Assembly: GCA_964362195.1 (NCBI GenBank)
Contig: CAYICZ010000004.1
Location: forward strand, 1 to 47,933
Length of the DNA: 47,933 nt
DNA from: an uncultured Gammaproteobacteria bacterium
GTDB taxonomy: Bacteria > Patescibacteriota > Microgenomatia > Daviesbacterales > UBA10151
Direction of reading: 5' to 3'
Shown: positions 16,328 to 26,356 of the stretch, in pieces
How the letters are laid out: every line of letters begins with the position of its first letter
Numbering within the stretch: position 1 is the first letter of the stretch
Position numbers and translations under genes: made by a program
The notes under the pieces: generated by a model
Told to the model about the DNA's origin: nothing
Database searches by the model: none
What the model saw: only the letters and a program-made list of their open reading frames with translations

Positions 16328-17067
16328 TTTAGCGCCTCCTGGATTTGCCGGCTTAAATCAAGGGCAGCTTGTCTTGGATTATCTGAAAAGATTATTCCTC
16401 TGGAGGATGAAACAATAATTCCTGCACCCTTACTGTTAATTGCGCTTTTTAATGATTTAAGTTCTCCACCTTGTGCTCCAATTCCCGGGATTAAAATCGG
16501 CATGTCTCCGATAATTTCCCTTATTTTTTTCAGCTCCTCAGGATAAGTTGCCCCTACCACCACTCCTGCATTTTCACCCCAATCTTTTACATGTTCAGCA
16601 ACTACTTGATACAAAGGTTTACCATCTACTATTAAATCCTGGAATTCTCCTGCTCCCGGATTTGAAGTTCTAACCAAAACGAATATCCCCTTATCAACTC
16701 TATTCAAAAATGGCTGCAAGGCCGCTTTTCCTAAATACGGGTGGACTGTTAAGCCGTCTGCTCCCAGATTATCAAATACTGCTTTAGCATATTCTTCATT
16801 GGTATTACCAATATCAGCTCTTTTAGCATCCAAAATAATTGGCATTTCAGGGTCTTTTTGATGAATATAATCAATAGTTTGTTTAAGGGATTCTAATCCT
16901 TCTACTCCGGCTGCTTCATAAAAAGCAGAGTTAGGTTTATAGGCACAGACTAAATCAAAGGTTTGGTCAATAATAGATTTGTTTAATTTAAAATCAGGGG
17001 AGTCAAGTCCAACGCAAGCAAATTTACCTTCATTCCATTTATTTTTAAGTTTAGTAAGATAAGTCAT
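16324..17067 (-). CDS. pyrF: Orotidine-5'-phosphate decarboxylase (subfamily 2)
   Basis: CVGLD, YKPNSAFY, LDAKRADIGNT, RTSNPG, PGIGAQGG, SSRG. Confidence 0.95.
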   Translation of the reverse strand: MTYLTKLKNKWNEGKFACVGLDSPDFKLNKSIIDQTFDLVCAYKPNSAFYEAAGVEGLESLKQTIDYIHQKDPEMPIILDAKRADIGNTNEEYAKAVFDNLGADGLTVHPYLGKAALQPFLNRVDKGIFVLVRTSNPGAGEFQDLIVDGKPLYQVVAEHVKDWGENAGVVVGATYPEELKKIREIIGDMPILIPGIGAQGGELKSLKSAINSKGAGIIVSSSRGIIFSDNPRQAALDLSRQIQEALK

Positions 17068-17129
17068 TGATTAGCTTGCGATTAATATACCGCATTTGCT
17101 AAAAAAATGCTAATATTGTGTCGAACTAA

Positions 17130-17918
17130 ATGGACAAAATAATCCCTGATTTTAAAATCTTTTTAACCGTAATTTTTCTTAGTTTAGGAATATTTATTTT
17201 AGATTCATTTCATTTTTTAACTATTCCAAAAAGATTAGCATTTTATATTACAAATCCTATTTCTTTTGGGCTTTATTCCAGCAGCAAAAGTTTGGGCAGA
17301 CAATTTTATTTTATTTTTCAAGCCAGGCAATCTGCTATGGAAGTTAAAGCATTAAAAGAACAGATAGGACAGTTGCTTTCTGAAAACGCCAGAATTAGAA
17401 AAAATTTAGCAGAAACGCAAAGTTTACTTTCTCAGGAAAAACACTTAGATCCACAAACGTATAATCTTTTACCGGCCCGACCGATAGGATTAAGCCGGTA
17501 TTTAAAGATTGATAAGGGATCGCAGGATGGAATAAAGGTAGGAGAAGTAGTGGTATTTAATGAAAATTTAATAGGTAGAATTGTTTTTGTATCTGATGAT
17601 GCTTCTAATGTTGCTCTATTAATAGATCCTGATTCCAGGGTAGCTGCATTTTCTCAAGGAATAGATGGCAGGGCAAAGGGAATACTGCTGGGACAATTTG
17701 GTACTGATATTCTTTTTGACAAGATTTTGCATGAAGAAAAAATTAATATTGGAGATTTAGTTTATTCAGAAGGAACAGAAGAGTATTTACCAAGAGGTTT
17801 AATTTTAGGGAAAGTTACTCAAGTTATGGAGCAGAAAAATGAATTATTTAAAAGAGCAAAAGTCCAAAACATTTTTGATCCAAGAGATTTGGATTTAGTA
17901 TTTGTGATTAAAGAATAA
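17130..17918 (+). CDS. mreC: Rod shape-determining protein MreC
   Basis: TM, coiled coil, IDKGSQDGIKVG, PRGLILG. Confidence 0.9.
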   Translation: MDKIIPDFKIFLTVIFLSLGIFILDSFHFLTIPKRLAFYITNPISFGLYSSSKSLGRQFYFIFQARQSAMEVKALKEQIGQLLSENARIRKNLAETQSLLSQEKHLDPQTYNLLPARPIGLSRYLKIDKGSQDGIKVGEVVVFNENLIGRIVFVSDDASNVALLIDPDSRVAAFSQGIDGRAKGILLGQFGTDILFDKILHEEKINIGDLVYSEGTEEYLPRGLILGKVTQVMEQKNELFKRAKVQNIFDPRDLDLVFVIKE

Positions 17919-17921
17919 AAA

Positions 17922-18368
17922 ATGAAAACTTTAATTATAATTTTAATTATTGCCTCGTTTTTGCAGACAACTATTTTGCCAATTAATCTGGTTTTAATTA
18001 TTTTAATCTGCAGATCTTATCTAAAAATCTCTCCCTCAAATTTATATTTGGCATTTATTTTTGGGCTGTTTTTATCGCATTTACATCTTATAACCTTAGG
18101 ACTGAACAGTTTAATTTTCATAGTTTGTGTTCAAATAACTCAAGGTTTATCTAAAACAAGACTGGCAGGCAACTCCTTACTGATAGTTCCGATAACTTTT
18201 GTTTTGTTAAGCATCTTTGGTATCTTAACTTCAGTTTTTCTCAATCAGTCAATAAATCTTTTTCCTAAAGTATTGCTTGAAAGCTTAATCTCGCTACCCA
18301 TACTTTATATTCTTAAGGTTTGGGAAGAAAGATTTAAAGTTTCAGGTGATATTAAATTAAAAATGTAA
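17922..18368 (+). CDS. mreD: MreD-like membrane protein
   Basis: About 5 TM helices; lies between mreC and PBP2. Confidence 0.7.
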   Translation: MKTLIIILIIASFLQTTILPINLVLIILICRSYLKISPSNLYLAFIFGLFLSHLHLITLGLNSLIFIVCVQITQGLSKTRLAGNSLLIVPITFVLLSIFGILTSVFLNQSINLFPKVLLESLISLPILYILKVWEERFKVSGDIKLKM

Positions 18369-18371
18369 ATT

Positions 18372-20141
18372 ATGGCTAAAAAAATAGAAAGTGAGGATTG
18401 GAAAGATGCACTACTCCCACACTTTGATTTATCCCAAGTGCACCGGATTTCAAAAGACCATTGGAGAGTCACAATATTTTTAATTTTTTGCATAACCATA
18501 TTTTTTGTACTTTTTCTACGCCTTTTTAATTTACAGATTATTAACGGAAAACAAAATCTACAGTTGGCTGATGGTAACAGAATACAAATTAAGTTAATTC
18601 ATGCCCCAAGAGGTCTTATTTATGACCGCAGTGGTAAGATATTAGCATCAAACTCACCTGCCTTTAGACTACTTGACAAACCATCAAAGAAAACAAGATT
18701 AATTTCCAGGGATGAGGCTTTGGAACTGGAAGTTAACAACGATCCGGCTGCGTTGGATTTAGAGGTTGATCATGTTCGAAATTATTCCATGGGCGAGAAA
18801 TTAGCTCATGTTTTAGGTTATGTGGGAGAGATTTCAGAAGATCAGTTAAAAAGCTCTCAATATTTAGGCTATCATCTTGGAGATAGAATAGGTAAAAGCG
18901 GAATAGAATTCCAGTATGAAAAGTATTTAAGAGGAGTTGATGGCGGAGAAATTATTGAAGTTAACTCAAAAGGATTCAAGATTAGAACACTCAGGACTAA
19001 TGCTCCAATACCAGGTCAGAATATTTATCTAAATATTGATGAAGATTTGCAGGATAAACTTTTTAATTTAACAAAAGAAGCTGCTGCCAAAGCAGGCAGT
19101 TGCTGCGCTGCTAGCATTGCAGAAGATCCTAACAATGGGCAAATTTTGGCTTTAGTCTCTTTGCCTTCTTTTGATCCGAATGTTTTTACCAATCAAGACG
19201 ATTCTGCAATTTCAGAAATTTTTTCAAACCCTGATTTTCCGGTTTTAAACAGAAGCATTTCCGGAACCTATCCGCCCGGTTCTACTTTTAAAATTATCTC
19301 ATCTTTAGCAGTTCTGGCTTCCGGGAAAATTAGTCCCGGTACCACATTTTTGGATAATGGTTTTATTTACTTAGGTCCTTATAAATTTACTAACTGGTAC
19401 TTTAATGAGTATGGCAGGACAGAGGGGCCGGTTGATTTATTAAAAGCTATCCAGCGTTCCAATGATACCTACTTTTATCAAGCCTCGCAAATAATTGGGG
19501 AAAAATCATTGATTGATATGGCCAGAAAATTAAAGTTGGGAGAGAAATTTAATATAGATTTACCATCAGAAGAGTCTGGTTTAATCCCGGATGATGCCTG
19601 GAAAAGAGCAACTTTTAATCAGGTCTGGTATCCCGGAGACACCTTGCATATGGTAATAGGTCAGGGTTATGTTCTTACAACCCCCATCCAGATTTTAGCA
19701 ATAACTTCTTTTATAGCCGCAGATGGAATTTTATATCAACCTCAATTGGTGCTGACTAATTTTAAACCAAAGGTATTAGTTTCCAATATAATTTCCTCTG
19801 ACAAGATTAATTTAGTCAAAGAGGGATTAAAACTTGTGCCAAAGCAGGGGGGAACAGCCTGGCCATTTTTTAGCTTTCCCATTACAACTGCCGGAAAAAC
19901 AGGGACAGCAGAATATGGTGATCCCAAGAACAAAACTCATGCCTGGTATACATCATATGCACCTGCTGATAATCCAAAAATTGCTTTGACTGTTTTGGTA
20001 GAAGGAGGTGGGGAAGGATCAAATGTGGCGTCCCCTGTGGCCAAAGAGTTTTATAGATGGTACTTATCTCCTGATAAAAATAAATTAATTCAGGATATAT
20101 ATACCCAAGCCACAGATTCAGGAAAAACTTTGGGGGAATAA
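18372..20141 (+). CDS. mrdA: Penicillin-binding protein 2
   Basis: APRGLIYDR, PGSTFK (SxxK), SND (SxN variant), KTGTAE. Confidence 0.93.
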   Translation: MAKKIESEDWKDALLPHFDLSQVHRISKDHWRVTIFLIFCITIFFVLFLRLFNLQIINGKQNLQLADGNRIQIKLIHAPRGLIYDRSGKILASNSPAFRLLDKPSKKTRLISRDEALELEVNNDPAALDLEVDHVRNYSMGEKLAHVLGYVGEISEDQLKSSQYLGYHLGDRIGKSGIEFQYEKYLRGVDGGEIIEVNSKGFKIRTLRTNAPIPGQNIYLNIDEDLQDKLFNLTKEAAAKAGSCCAASIAEDPNNGQILALVSLPSFDPNVFTNQDDSAISEIFSNPDFPVLNRSISGTYPPGSTFKIISSLAVLASGKISPGTTFLDNGFIYLGPYKFTNWYFNEYGRTEGPVDLLKAIQRSNDTYFYQASQIIGEKSLIDMARKLKLGEKFNIDLPSEESGLIPDDAWKRATFNQVWYPGDTLHMVIGQGYVLTTPIQILAITSFIAADGILYQPQLVLTNFKPKVLVSNIISSDKINLVKEGLKLVPKQGGTAWPFFSFPITTAGKTGTAEYGDPKNKTHAWYTSYAPADNPKIALTVLVEGGGEGSNVASPVAKEFYRWYLSPDKNKLIQDIYTQATDSGKTLGE

Positions 20142-20767
20142 TGGATACTAAACAAGTAACTATTCTTGATAAAGACTACCCCAAACTCTTGAAGGAAATT
20201 TATGATCCGCCAATAGTTTTATATTATAAAGGAAGTTTAAATTGTTTAAGTAAAAAATGCATTGCTGTTGTGGGAACAAGGAAAATGACAGGTTATGGCA
20301 GGACTGTTTGCGAACAATTTGTTAAAGAGTTGGTAAGATCTAATTTAACTATTATTTCAGGTTTAGCCAGAGGAATAGATGCGCTAGCTCACAAAACTGC
20401 TGTTGAAGCTAATGGTCAAACAGTGGCGGTTTTAGGAAGTGGCTTAAATAATATTTATCCTCCTGAAAATAAACAGCTGGCCATGGATATAATAAACGGA
20501 CATGGAGCTGTTATCTCGGAGTATCCACCTGATTATTTACCCCGGCCAGGCAATTTTCCCGTCCGGAACAGAATTATTTCAGGATTATCTTTAGGAGTTT
20601 TGGTTGTTGAAGCAGCAGAGAATAGCGGATCAAACATCACTGCCAGATTAGCTCTTGAGCAGGGAAGGGATGTTTTTGCAATAGCGCCAAATGATTTAAT
20701 AAAAGATGGAGCCTTTGCAGTTTTTGAACCGGAAGAAATATTGGATGAGTTAGGTCTTAAGTGGTAA
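20141..20767 (+). CDS. dprA: DNA-processing protein DprA (core domain only)
   Basis: YPKLLKEIYDPP, AVVGTR, ISGLARGID, FPVRNRIISGLS. Confidence 0.93.
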   Translation: MDTKQVTILDKDYPKLLKEIYDPPIVLYYKGSLNCLSKKCIAVVGTRKMTGYGRTVCEQFVKELVRSNLTIISGLARGIDALAHKTAVEANGQTVAVLGSGLNNIYPPENKQLAMDIINGHGAVISEYPPDYLPRPGNFPVRNRIISGLSLGVLVVEAAENSGSNITARLALEQGRDVFAIAPNDLIKDGAFAVFEPEEILDELGLKW

Positions 20768-20778
20768 ACTAAAAAAGT

Positions 20779-21132
20779 ATGCCCAAAGGATTTTTGGTTG
20801 CTTTAATTTTAGCAGTAGTATTATTTAGCGGATATTTTACTTTGGCTGTTAATAATGCATTTGTTAAAACAGGCCCCACAAAACAAGAAATTGAAACAGC
20901 TGTTAATCAAGCCAGACATATATATTCTCAAAGAGCAAAATTAAATGAGGATTTTTCCAATGGGCCATGTCTCACAGAAAGTTTAATGCCTGGTTGGGTT
21001 GTTGATATTGTGCATAGTCCCAGATTGCCAATTGATGATTTGCCGGCGAATCAGTGCCAATCATTCCGGGAGGGAAGAGCTAATCATTTTGTAGAACTTG
21101 ATTTAAATGGTAACTTAGTAAGAGTTTATTAA
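20779..21132 (+). CDS. Hypothetical membrane-anchored protein with Cys pair
   Basis: N-terminal TM; NGPCL...NQC...HFVELD. Confidence 0.75.
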   Translation: MPKGFLVALILAVVLFSGYFTLAVNNAFVKTGPTKQEIETAVNQARHIYSQRAKLNEDFSNGPCLTESLMPGWVVDIVHSPRLPIDDLPANQCQSFREGRANHFVELDLNGNLVRVY

Positions 21133-21136
21133 ACAT

Positions 21137-23641
21137 ATGAAATATTTATCAATTCCAATCCACTTAGTTGAATTTTGGTACCCTGAAGGCATTGCATTCT
21201 TTTTAAGAACCTGGAAAAATTTAACGCTTTTTTTAGAAGAGGATTTAGCTGTTAGTTTAATGTGGAGACTTCTTTTTACTCCACTTTTTCATGATTCATC
21301 CTATGTAGGTAGATTTTTAAGTTTTTTGTTTAGGTTGTCCCGGATCTTAATGGGGCTTTTTGCATTTGCTCTTTCGACTATTGGATTAAGCTTTATTGCT
21401 ATATATTGGTTTGTCTTACCGGTTTTGGCTTACTTGAATATGCCCCAATTTTTATCACAGGGCCTATTTTTAGCAGGGTTAGGCTTATTTCTAGTCCATA
21501 TCACTACCCATCCTCACAAAAAAGTCTGGCAGGTGGGGACAGGAAATCTTTGGTCTGCCTCAACTTTAAAAAAAGAGGATTTAACGTTTCCTAAACTACT
21601 CGCCAGTTTGGAGGTTTCAGATTTGTTGGCTAACCTGGAATTACAACTTGATCATTTACCTGATTTAGAAATTAAAGATATAGAAGAGGTAGCAAAAAAA
21701 GCATATGAATTGGCAAAAGGCTCTGAAAGTGAATATATAACTCCCCGCCATTTTTTTGTAAGCCTTCTGGAGCAAATTCCGGATATTGATAATCAATTAC
21801 TAAAGTTAGATCTAAGATTGCAGGATTTTGAACACGCGCTAAATTATTTGGAAAAGAAGAAAAATACCTGGAGAAGGATTTTTATTTGGGACGATGAATT
21901 TAGTATCCGCCATCTGCAAGGTGTAAACAGGGGTTGGATTGGGATACCAACTCCAAATTTGGATTTAGCGAGTACGGATTTAACCAAAAAAATGGCTACT
22001 GAAGCTTTTCCAACTTTGATTCGGGAGCATTCTGTCATTTCGGAGGTGATTAATATTTTATCGCAAAATAGCGGACGTAATGTAATATTAGTTGGTTTTC
22101 CCGGAGCTGGTAAGTCAGCTTTAATTAAACATCTGGCAAAGCAGATAGTTTTAGGAAATGCTCCTGAGGCGCTGGCCACCAAGAGGCTTGTCCTTTTGGA
22201 TTTAACAAAACTGTTGTCCGGCATTAAAACTCAGGGGGAGCTGGCAGAGCGGATTAAGATTATCTTTGAAGAAGTTTCTTCATCCGGGAATATAATTATT
22301 GTGATTGAGGAGATTCATGAGCTGGGTGTTGGAGAGGTTGGATCCAGCTTAAACCTTTATTCTTTAATGGAAAATTATCTGGAGGAGGATGCTTTTCAAT
22401 TTATTGGCACAACTGAGCCGGATAATTACTCAAGAATTTTGGAAAAGAATGCTTCATTTGCCCGGGTTTTTCGCAAAATAGAGCTGGCTCCGGCATCGGT
22501 TAATGACACTCTAAATATTTTGATGTATAGAAGTATCGAAGCTGAAAGGAAAGATAAAATTAAGGTTACTTATGTGGCTATCAAGACAGCTGTGGAACTT
22601 TCTCAAAAGTTTGTGCGGGATCGGGTATTACCTGATAGTGCAATTTCTGTTTTAAAGGAAAGCTTGACGCAGTCAGTTAACGGCTGGGTAACTAAAGATG
22701 TAGTGAGGCGGGTAATCTCATCCAGGGTTAAAGTTCCCATGATGGAGGTAGGAAATGCTGATAAAGCTAAACTGCTTAATTTAGAGCAGGAGTTGCATGC
22801 CAGATTAATTGGTCAAGAACAGGCAGTAAAAGGTGTTTCAGATGCACTGCGCAGATCTGCAACAGGTATGTCTGATGATGGTAGGCCGATTGGATCATTT
22901 TTATTTGTCGGCCCGACAGGAGTTGGTAAAACAGAGCTGGCTAAAACTTTAGCTGAAGTATATTTTAAGACCCAAGGGGCATTTTTGCGATTTGATATGT
23001 CTGAGTATCAGAATCAGGAATCAATAGTTAGGTTAATCGGCGGATCCGGAGAAGGTGGATTATTAACAGAAGCTGTCAGAAACAGGCCTTATGCCCTGTT
23101 ACTTTTAGATGAGTTTGAAAAGGCTAATGATAAAATTCTAACATTGTTCCTACAAGTATTAGATGATGGGAGATTAACCGATGGAGCTGGCAGAACTATT
23201 GATTTTGAAAATACCATTATTATAGCCACCTCCAATGCCGCCTCGTTAACAATTGCCCAGGGTTTGCAAGCTGGTAAAAATTTGGAGGAAATAGATAAAG
23301 AGGTTAATGATGAATTGCTTAAAGTATTCAGGCCCGAGCTTATTAACAGATTTGATGAGGTGGTTTTGTTTAAACCGCTGTCGCAGGAGGATTTACAAAA
23401 AATAGTTACAAATAAGTTAAAAATTATGCAAAATAACTTAAAATCTAAAGGGTATTTGGTGGAGTTTTCACCGGAGTTGGTTGCAGAACTGGCAAAGCGA
23501 GGCTTTGACCCGGTGCTTGGAGCAAGGCCTCTTCGGAGACTAATGCAAGATACGCTGGAGGCAAATTTTTCTAAACTTATTTTGGAGGGAAAATTAACTA
23601 AAGGTTCTTCATTTAAAGTCGGAATAGACTTATTATCCTGA
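21137..23641 (+). CDS. Clp/Hsp100-type double AAA+ ATPase with N-terminal membrane segments
   Basis: GFPGAGKS / IEEIH; GPTGVGKT / LLDEFEK; RFDMSEY, GRLTD, GARPLRR; hydrophobic stretch near aa 60-122. Confidence 0.9.
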   Translation: MKYLSIPIHLVEFWYPEGIAFFLRTWKNLTLFLEEDLAVSLMWRLLFTPLFHDSSYVGRFLSFLFRLSRILMGLFAFALSTIGLSFIAIYWFVLPVLAYLNMPQFLSQGLFLAGLGLFLVHITTHPHKKVWQVGTGNLWSASTLKKEDLTFPKLLASLEVSDLLANLELQLDHLPDLEIKDIEEVAKKAYELAKGSESEYITPRHFFVSLLEQIPDIDNQLLKLDLRLQDFEHALNYLEKKKNTWRRIFIWDDEFSIRHLQGVNRGWIGIPTPNLDLASTDLTKKMATEAFPTLIREHSVISEVINILSQNSGRNVILVGFPGAGKSALIKHLAKQIVLGNAPEALATKRLVLLDLTKLLSGIKTQGELAERIKIIFEEVSSSGNIIIVIEEIHELGVGEVGSSLNLYSLMENYLEEDAFQFIGTTEPDNYSRILEKNASFARVFRKIELAPASVNDTLNILMYRSIEAERKDKIKVTYVAIKTAVELSQKFVRDRVLPDSAISVLKESLTQSVNGWVTKDVVRRVISSRVKVPMMEVGNADKAKLLNLEQELHARLIGQEQAVKGVSDALRRSATGMSDDGRPIGSFLFVGPTGVGKTELAKTLAEVYFKTQGAFLRFDMSEYQNQESIVRLIGGSGEGGLLTEAVRNRPYALLLLDEFEKANDKILTLFLQVLDDGRLTDGAGRTIDFENTIIIATSNAASLTIAQGLQAGKNLEEIDKEVNDELLKVFRPELINRFDEVVLFKPLSQEDLQKIVTNKLKIMQNNLKSKGYLVEFSPELVAELAKRGFDPVLGARPLRRLMQDTLEANFSKLILEGKLTKGSSFKVGIDLLS

Positions 23642-24003
23642 TGAAAAAAAGGATTTTGATAAGTTTAATGCTTTTTGTTTTTCCAGTCACTGTTTTTGCT
23701 CAAGTAAATTTAGATCAGGTAAATCAAAAAGTTTGCGACAGGTTTGAAGAAGATGTTTCAAGACTGGCTGCAATTATGGAAGAAGTTAGAGCGAGAAAAG
23801 GAATAACAGAAACCAGGGTGGCTTTTGGAGGGATTGATGATGCAATTAAATCTGCTGATTACCAGATAACCTACGTTGCAGAGGCAATTGCCTATGAGCG
23901 GGCCCAAAAATTTTCATCTGCAAAGCAACTTCGTTCCAGTCTGGAGATTTTAAAAGGGAAAGTCATACGTGCTAAAGTGCAGGTAGGAAAGGCATTAGAG
24001 TGA
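23641..24003 (+). CDS. Hypothetical secreted helical protein
   Basis: Signal peptide ending VFA; start abuts the upstream stop. Confidence 0.7.
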   Translation: MKKRILISLMLFVFPVTVFAQVNLDQVNQKVCDRFEEDVSRLAAIMEEVRARKGITETRVAFGGIDDAIKSADYQITYVAEAIAYERAQKFSSAKQLRSSLEILKGKVIRAKVQVGKALE

Positions 24004-24254
24004 AAAAGATTCTCATATTTATAATTGTTACGCTTATAAGCCTAATAGGGTTAAAAATATTTGTATTGACACCCTTGGGGTGGACAGGTAACTTAATTAA
24101 TCCTATGGGTCAGAAAAGTCAGAGTTTTGATATAAGATCTACACCAGCTACTACCCCAAATGCCCCAAAGTCTTTTCAGTTTGATTCTTCAACTGATTTA
24201 AAGATGGAGCTGGACAAAGTTAACCCGCAAGTTCTGGATTCGGACTTTGAGTGA
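24000..24254 (+). CDS. Hypothetical membrane-anchored protein
   Basis: N-terminal TM; GTGA overlap with the previous gene. Confidence 0.65.
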   Translation: MKKILIFIIVTLISLIGLKIFVLTPLGWTGNLINPMGQKSQSFDIRSTPATTPNAPKSFQFDSSTDLKMELDKVNPQVLDSDFE

Positions 24255-24299
24255 TCGCTTGACAAGCAATATACAATTACCCCACAGTATTTATAGGTT

Positions 24300-26282
24300 A
24301 TGCAAAATTTAGTAATAGTTGAATCACCAACAAAGGCCCGCACTTTGCAAAAGTTTTTAGGGGATAAATATCAAATTGAAGCCTCAATGGGCCATGTTCG
24401 GGATTTACCAAAGTCAGAACTGGGGGTGGATATTGAGAATAATTTTGAACCGGAATATATTATCCCCAGAGATAAGAAAAAGAGGGTTAATGAATTAAAA
24501 AAGCTGGCATTAGGTGCAGATAAGCTATATTTAGCTACAGATCCTGACCGTGAAGGGGAAGCCATAGCCTGGCACATTGCGCATATATTAGAGAAAAGAA
24601 AAGAGGATATGCAAAGGGTAGAGTTTCATGAAATCACAGAAAGTGCCATAAAAGATGCATTTACTCATCCCCGTGAGCTTGATTTAAAACTGGTTGATGC
24701 CCAGCAAGCCAGAAGAATTCTAGATAGGCTTGTAGGTTATAAGCTTTCACCTTTGCTTTGGGCAAAGATTAAAAAAGGATTATCCGCAGGAAGAGTGCAA
24801 TCAGTTGCGCTAAGGCTGATAGTTGAGCGGGAAAGAGAAGTTTTAGCTTTCAAGCCAAATGAATATTGGAGTATAGAAGCAGAGTTGGAAGCAGAAAAAG
24901 ATAAATTCATAGCAAACTTAATAGAACAAAATGGAAAAAAGCTGGAGATTAAAAACAAGCAAGAGGCTGATGGACATCTTAAAAATCTTGAGAAAGCAAA
25001 ATATGAAGTTTCAAAAGTTATACAAAAAGAAGTCAGACGCTATCCTTATCCTCCTTTTACCACTTCAACTTTGCAGCAAACTGCGGCAAATAGGTTGGGA
25101 ATGTCTGCTAAAAAAACTATGATGCTTGCCCAAAATTTATATGAACATGGATTTATTACCTACATGAGAACAGATTCTGTAAATTTATCCACTCAGGCAA
25201 TCTCTCAGGTGAGAGGTTATATTGAAGACTCAATCGGCAGGGCATATTTGCCGAAAACTGCCAGAGTTTTTAAATCCAAATCTAAAAATGCCCAGGAAGC
25301 ACATGAGGCAATCAGGGTGACAGATGTAAGCATAAAGGGTGAGGAATTAAAGGGAAAGGGGAATTTCAACAAGGATCACATCAGATTATATGATTTGATT
25401 TGGAAAAGGTTTGTGGCTTGCCAAATGAATGAGGCAGTAATGGATCAAACTGCCATTGATATTTCAGCAGAGCAGTATTTATTTAGAGCCACAGGTTCTG
25501 TTATTAAATTTGACGGTTGGCTAAAGCTATATGGAAAAGATGTTGAAGAGGAAGATACGGAGAAAAATCAGGCTTTGCCAAAATTGTCTGAGAATCAAAT
25601 ATTAAAATTACTCCGGCTTCTTCCCGGCCAACATTTTACAGAGCCTCCTCCTAAGTTTACTGAAGCCTCTTTAATTAAAAAACTGGAAGAGTTGGGGATA
25701 GGCAGGCCTTCCACTTATGCTCCTATTTTATCAACCATTCAGGAGCGATTTTATGTGGAAAAAATAGAGCGGAAGTTTATTCCCACAAAATTAGGGATAA
25801 CTGTGATAGACTTCCTGCTTAAATATTTTTCGGATATTTTGGATTATTCGTTTACAGCTAAAATGGAGGATGAACTGGATGAAATTGCCAGAGGAGAGAG
25901 AAAGTGGAAACCTACTATAAAAGAGTTTTACGAACCTTTTGAGAAAAAGCTTGAGGAAACAGAGGAAAAAGCTGAAAAAGTGAAAATGGAACTTGAGTAT
26001 GTAGATAAAAAGTGCCCGCAGTGCGGTAAGCAATTAATTGTCAGGGTTGGTAAGTTTGGTAAATTCCTGGCCTGCTCCGGATTTCCTGAGTGTAAATATA
26101 CGCAAGGTCTGGAGGAAAAAATTGATGCTAAATGTCCGCTGGATGGCGGAGATATTATGGTAAGAAGAACCAAGAGAGGTAAAACTTTTTATGGCTGTAA
26201 AAACTGGCCGACTTGCAAATTTGCTTCCTGGACAAAACCTAAAGGAGCCAATCCAGATCCAACTGTTGACACAAAAGGCTAA
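24300..26282 (+). CDS. topA: DNA topoisomerase I
   Basis: LVIVESP, ATDPDREGE, SAGRVQS, ITYMRTDS, C-terminal zinc ribbons. Confidence 0.97.
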   Translation: MQNLVIVESPTKARTLQKFLGDKYQIEASMGHVRDLPKSELGVDIENNFEPEYIIPRDKKKRVNELKKLALGADKLYLATDPDREGEAIAWHIAHILEKRKEDMQRVEFHEITESAIKDAFTHPRELDLKLVDAQQARRILDRLVGYKLSPLLWAKIKKGLSAGRVQSVALRLIVEREREVLAFKPNEYWSIEAELEAEKDKFIANLIEQNGKKLEIKNKQEADGHLKNLEKAKYEVSKVIQKEVRRYPYPPFTTSTLQQTAANRLGMSAKKTMMLAQNLYEHGFITYMRTDSVNLSTQAISQVRGYIEDSIGRAYLPKTARVFKSKSKNAQEAHEAIRVTDVSIKGEELKGKGNFNKDHIRLYDLIWKRFVACQMNEAVMDQTAIDISAEQYLFRATGSVIKFDGWLKLYGKDVEEEDTEKNQALPKLSENQILKLLRLLPGQHFTEPPPKFTEASLIKKLEELGIGRPSTYAPILSTIQERFYVEKIERKFIPTKLGITVIDFLLKYFSDILDYSFTAKMEDELDEIARGERKWKPTIKEFYEPFEKKLEETEEKAEKVKMELEYVDKKCPQCGKQLIVRVGKFGKFLACSGFPECKYTQGLEEKIDAKCPLDGGDIMVRRTKRGKTFYGCKNWPTCKFASWTKPKGANPDPTVDTKG

Positions 26283-26303
26283 ATTTAGTATTATATTGAG
26301 GGC
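26266..26303 (+). promoter_or_regulatory. pyrG promoter with GGGC at the predicted start site
   Basis: TTGACA (26266-71), 17 bp, TATTAT (26289-94), then ATTGA GGGC. Confidence 0.7.
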
Positions 26304-26311
26304 CTCAAAAA

Positions 26312-26337
26312 CTTGTCCTGAGCGATTAGCGAAGGAT
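26312..26337. repeat. Small palindromic element in the pyrG leader
   Basis: TCCT-GA-GC-GATTA-GC-GA-AGGA; related to 1875-1900. Confidence 0.7.
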
Positions 26338-26356
26338 CCCCCAATTAAAATTAACT

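Noticed and set aside
24259-24277. TTGACA and TACAAT upstream of topA as one promoter
   Set aside because: They are only 7 bp apart, incompatible with sigma70 spacing.
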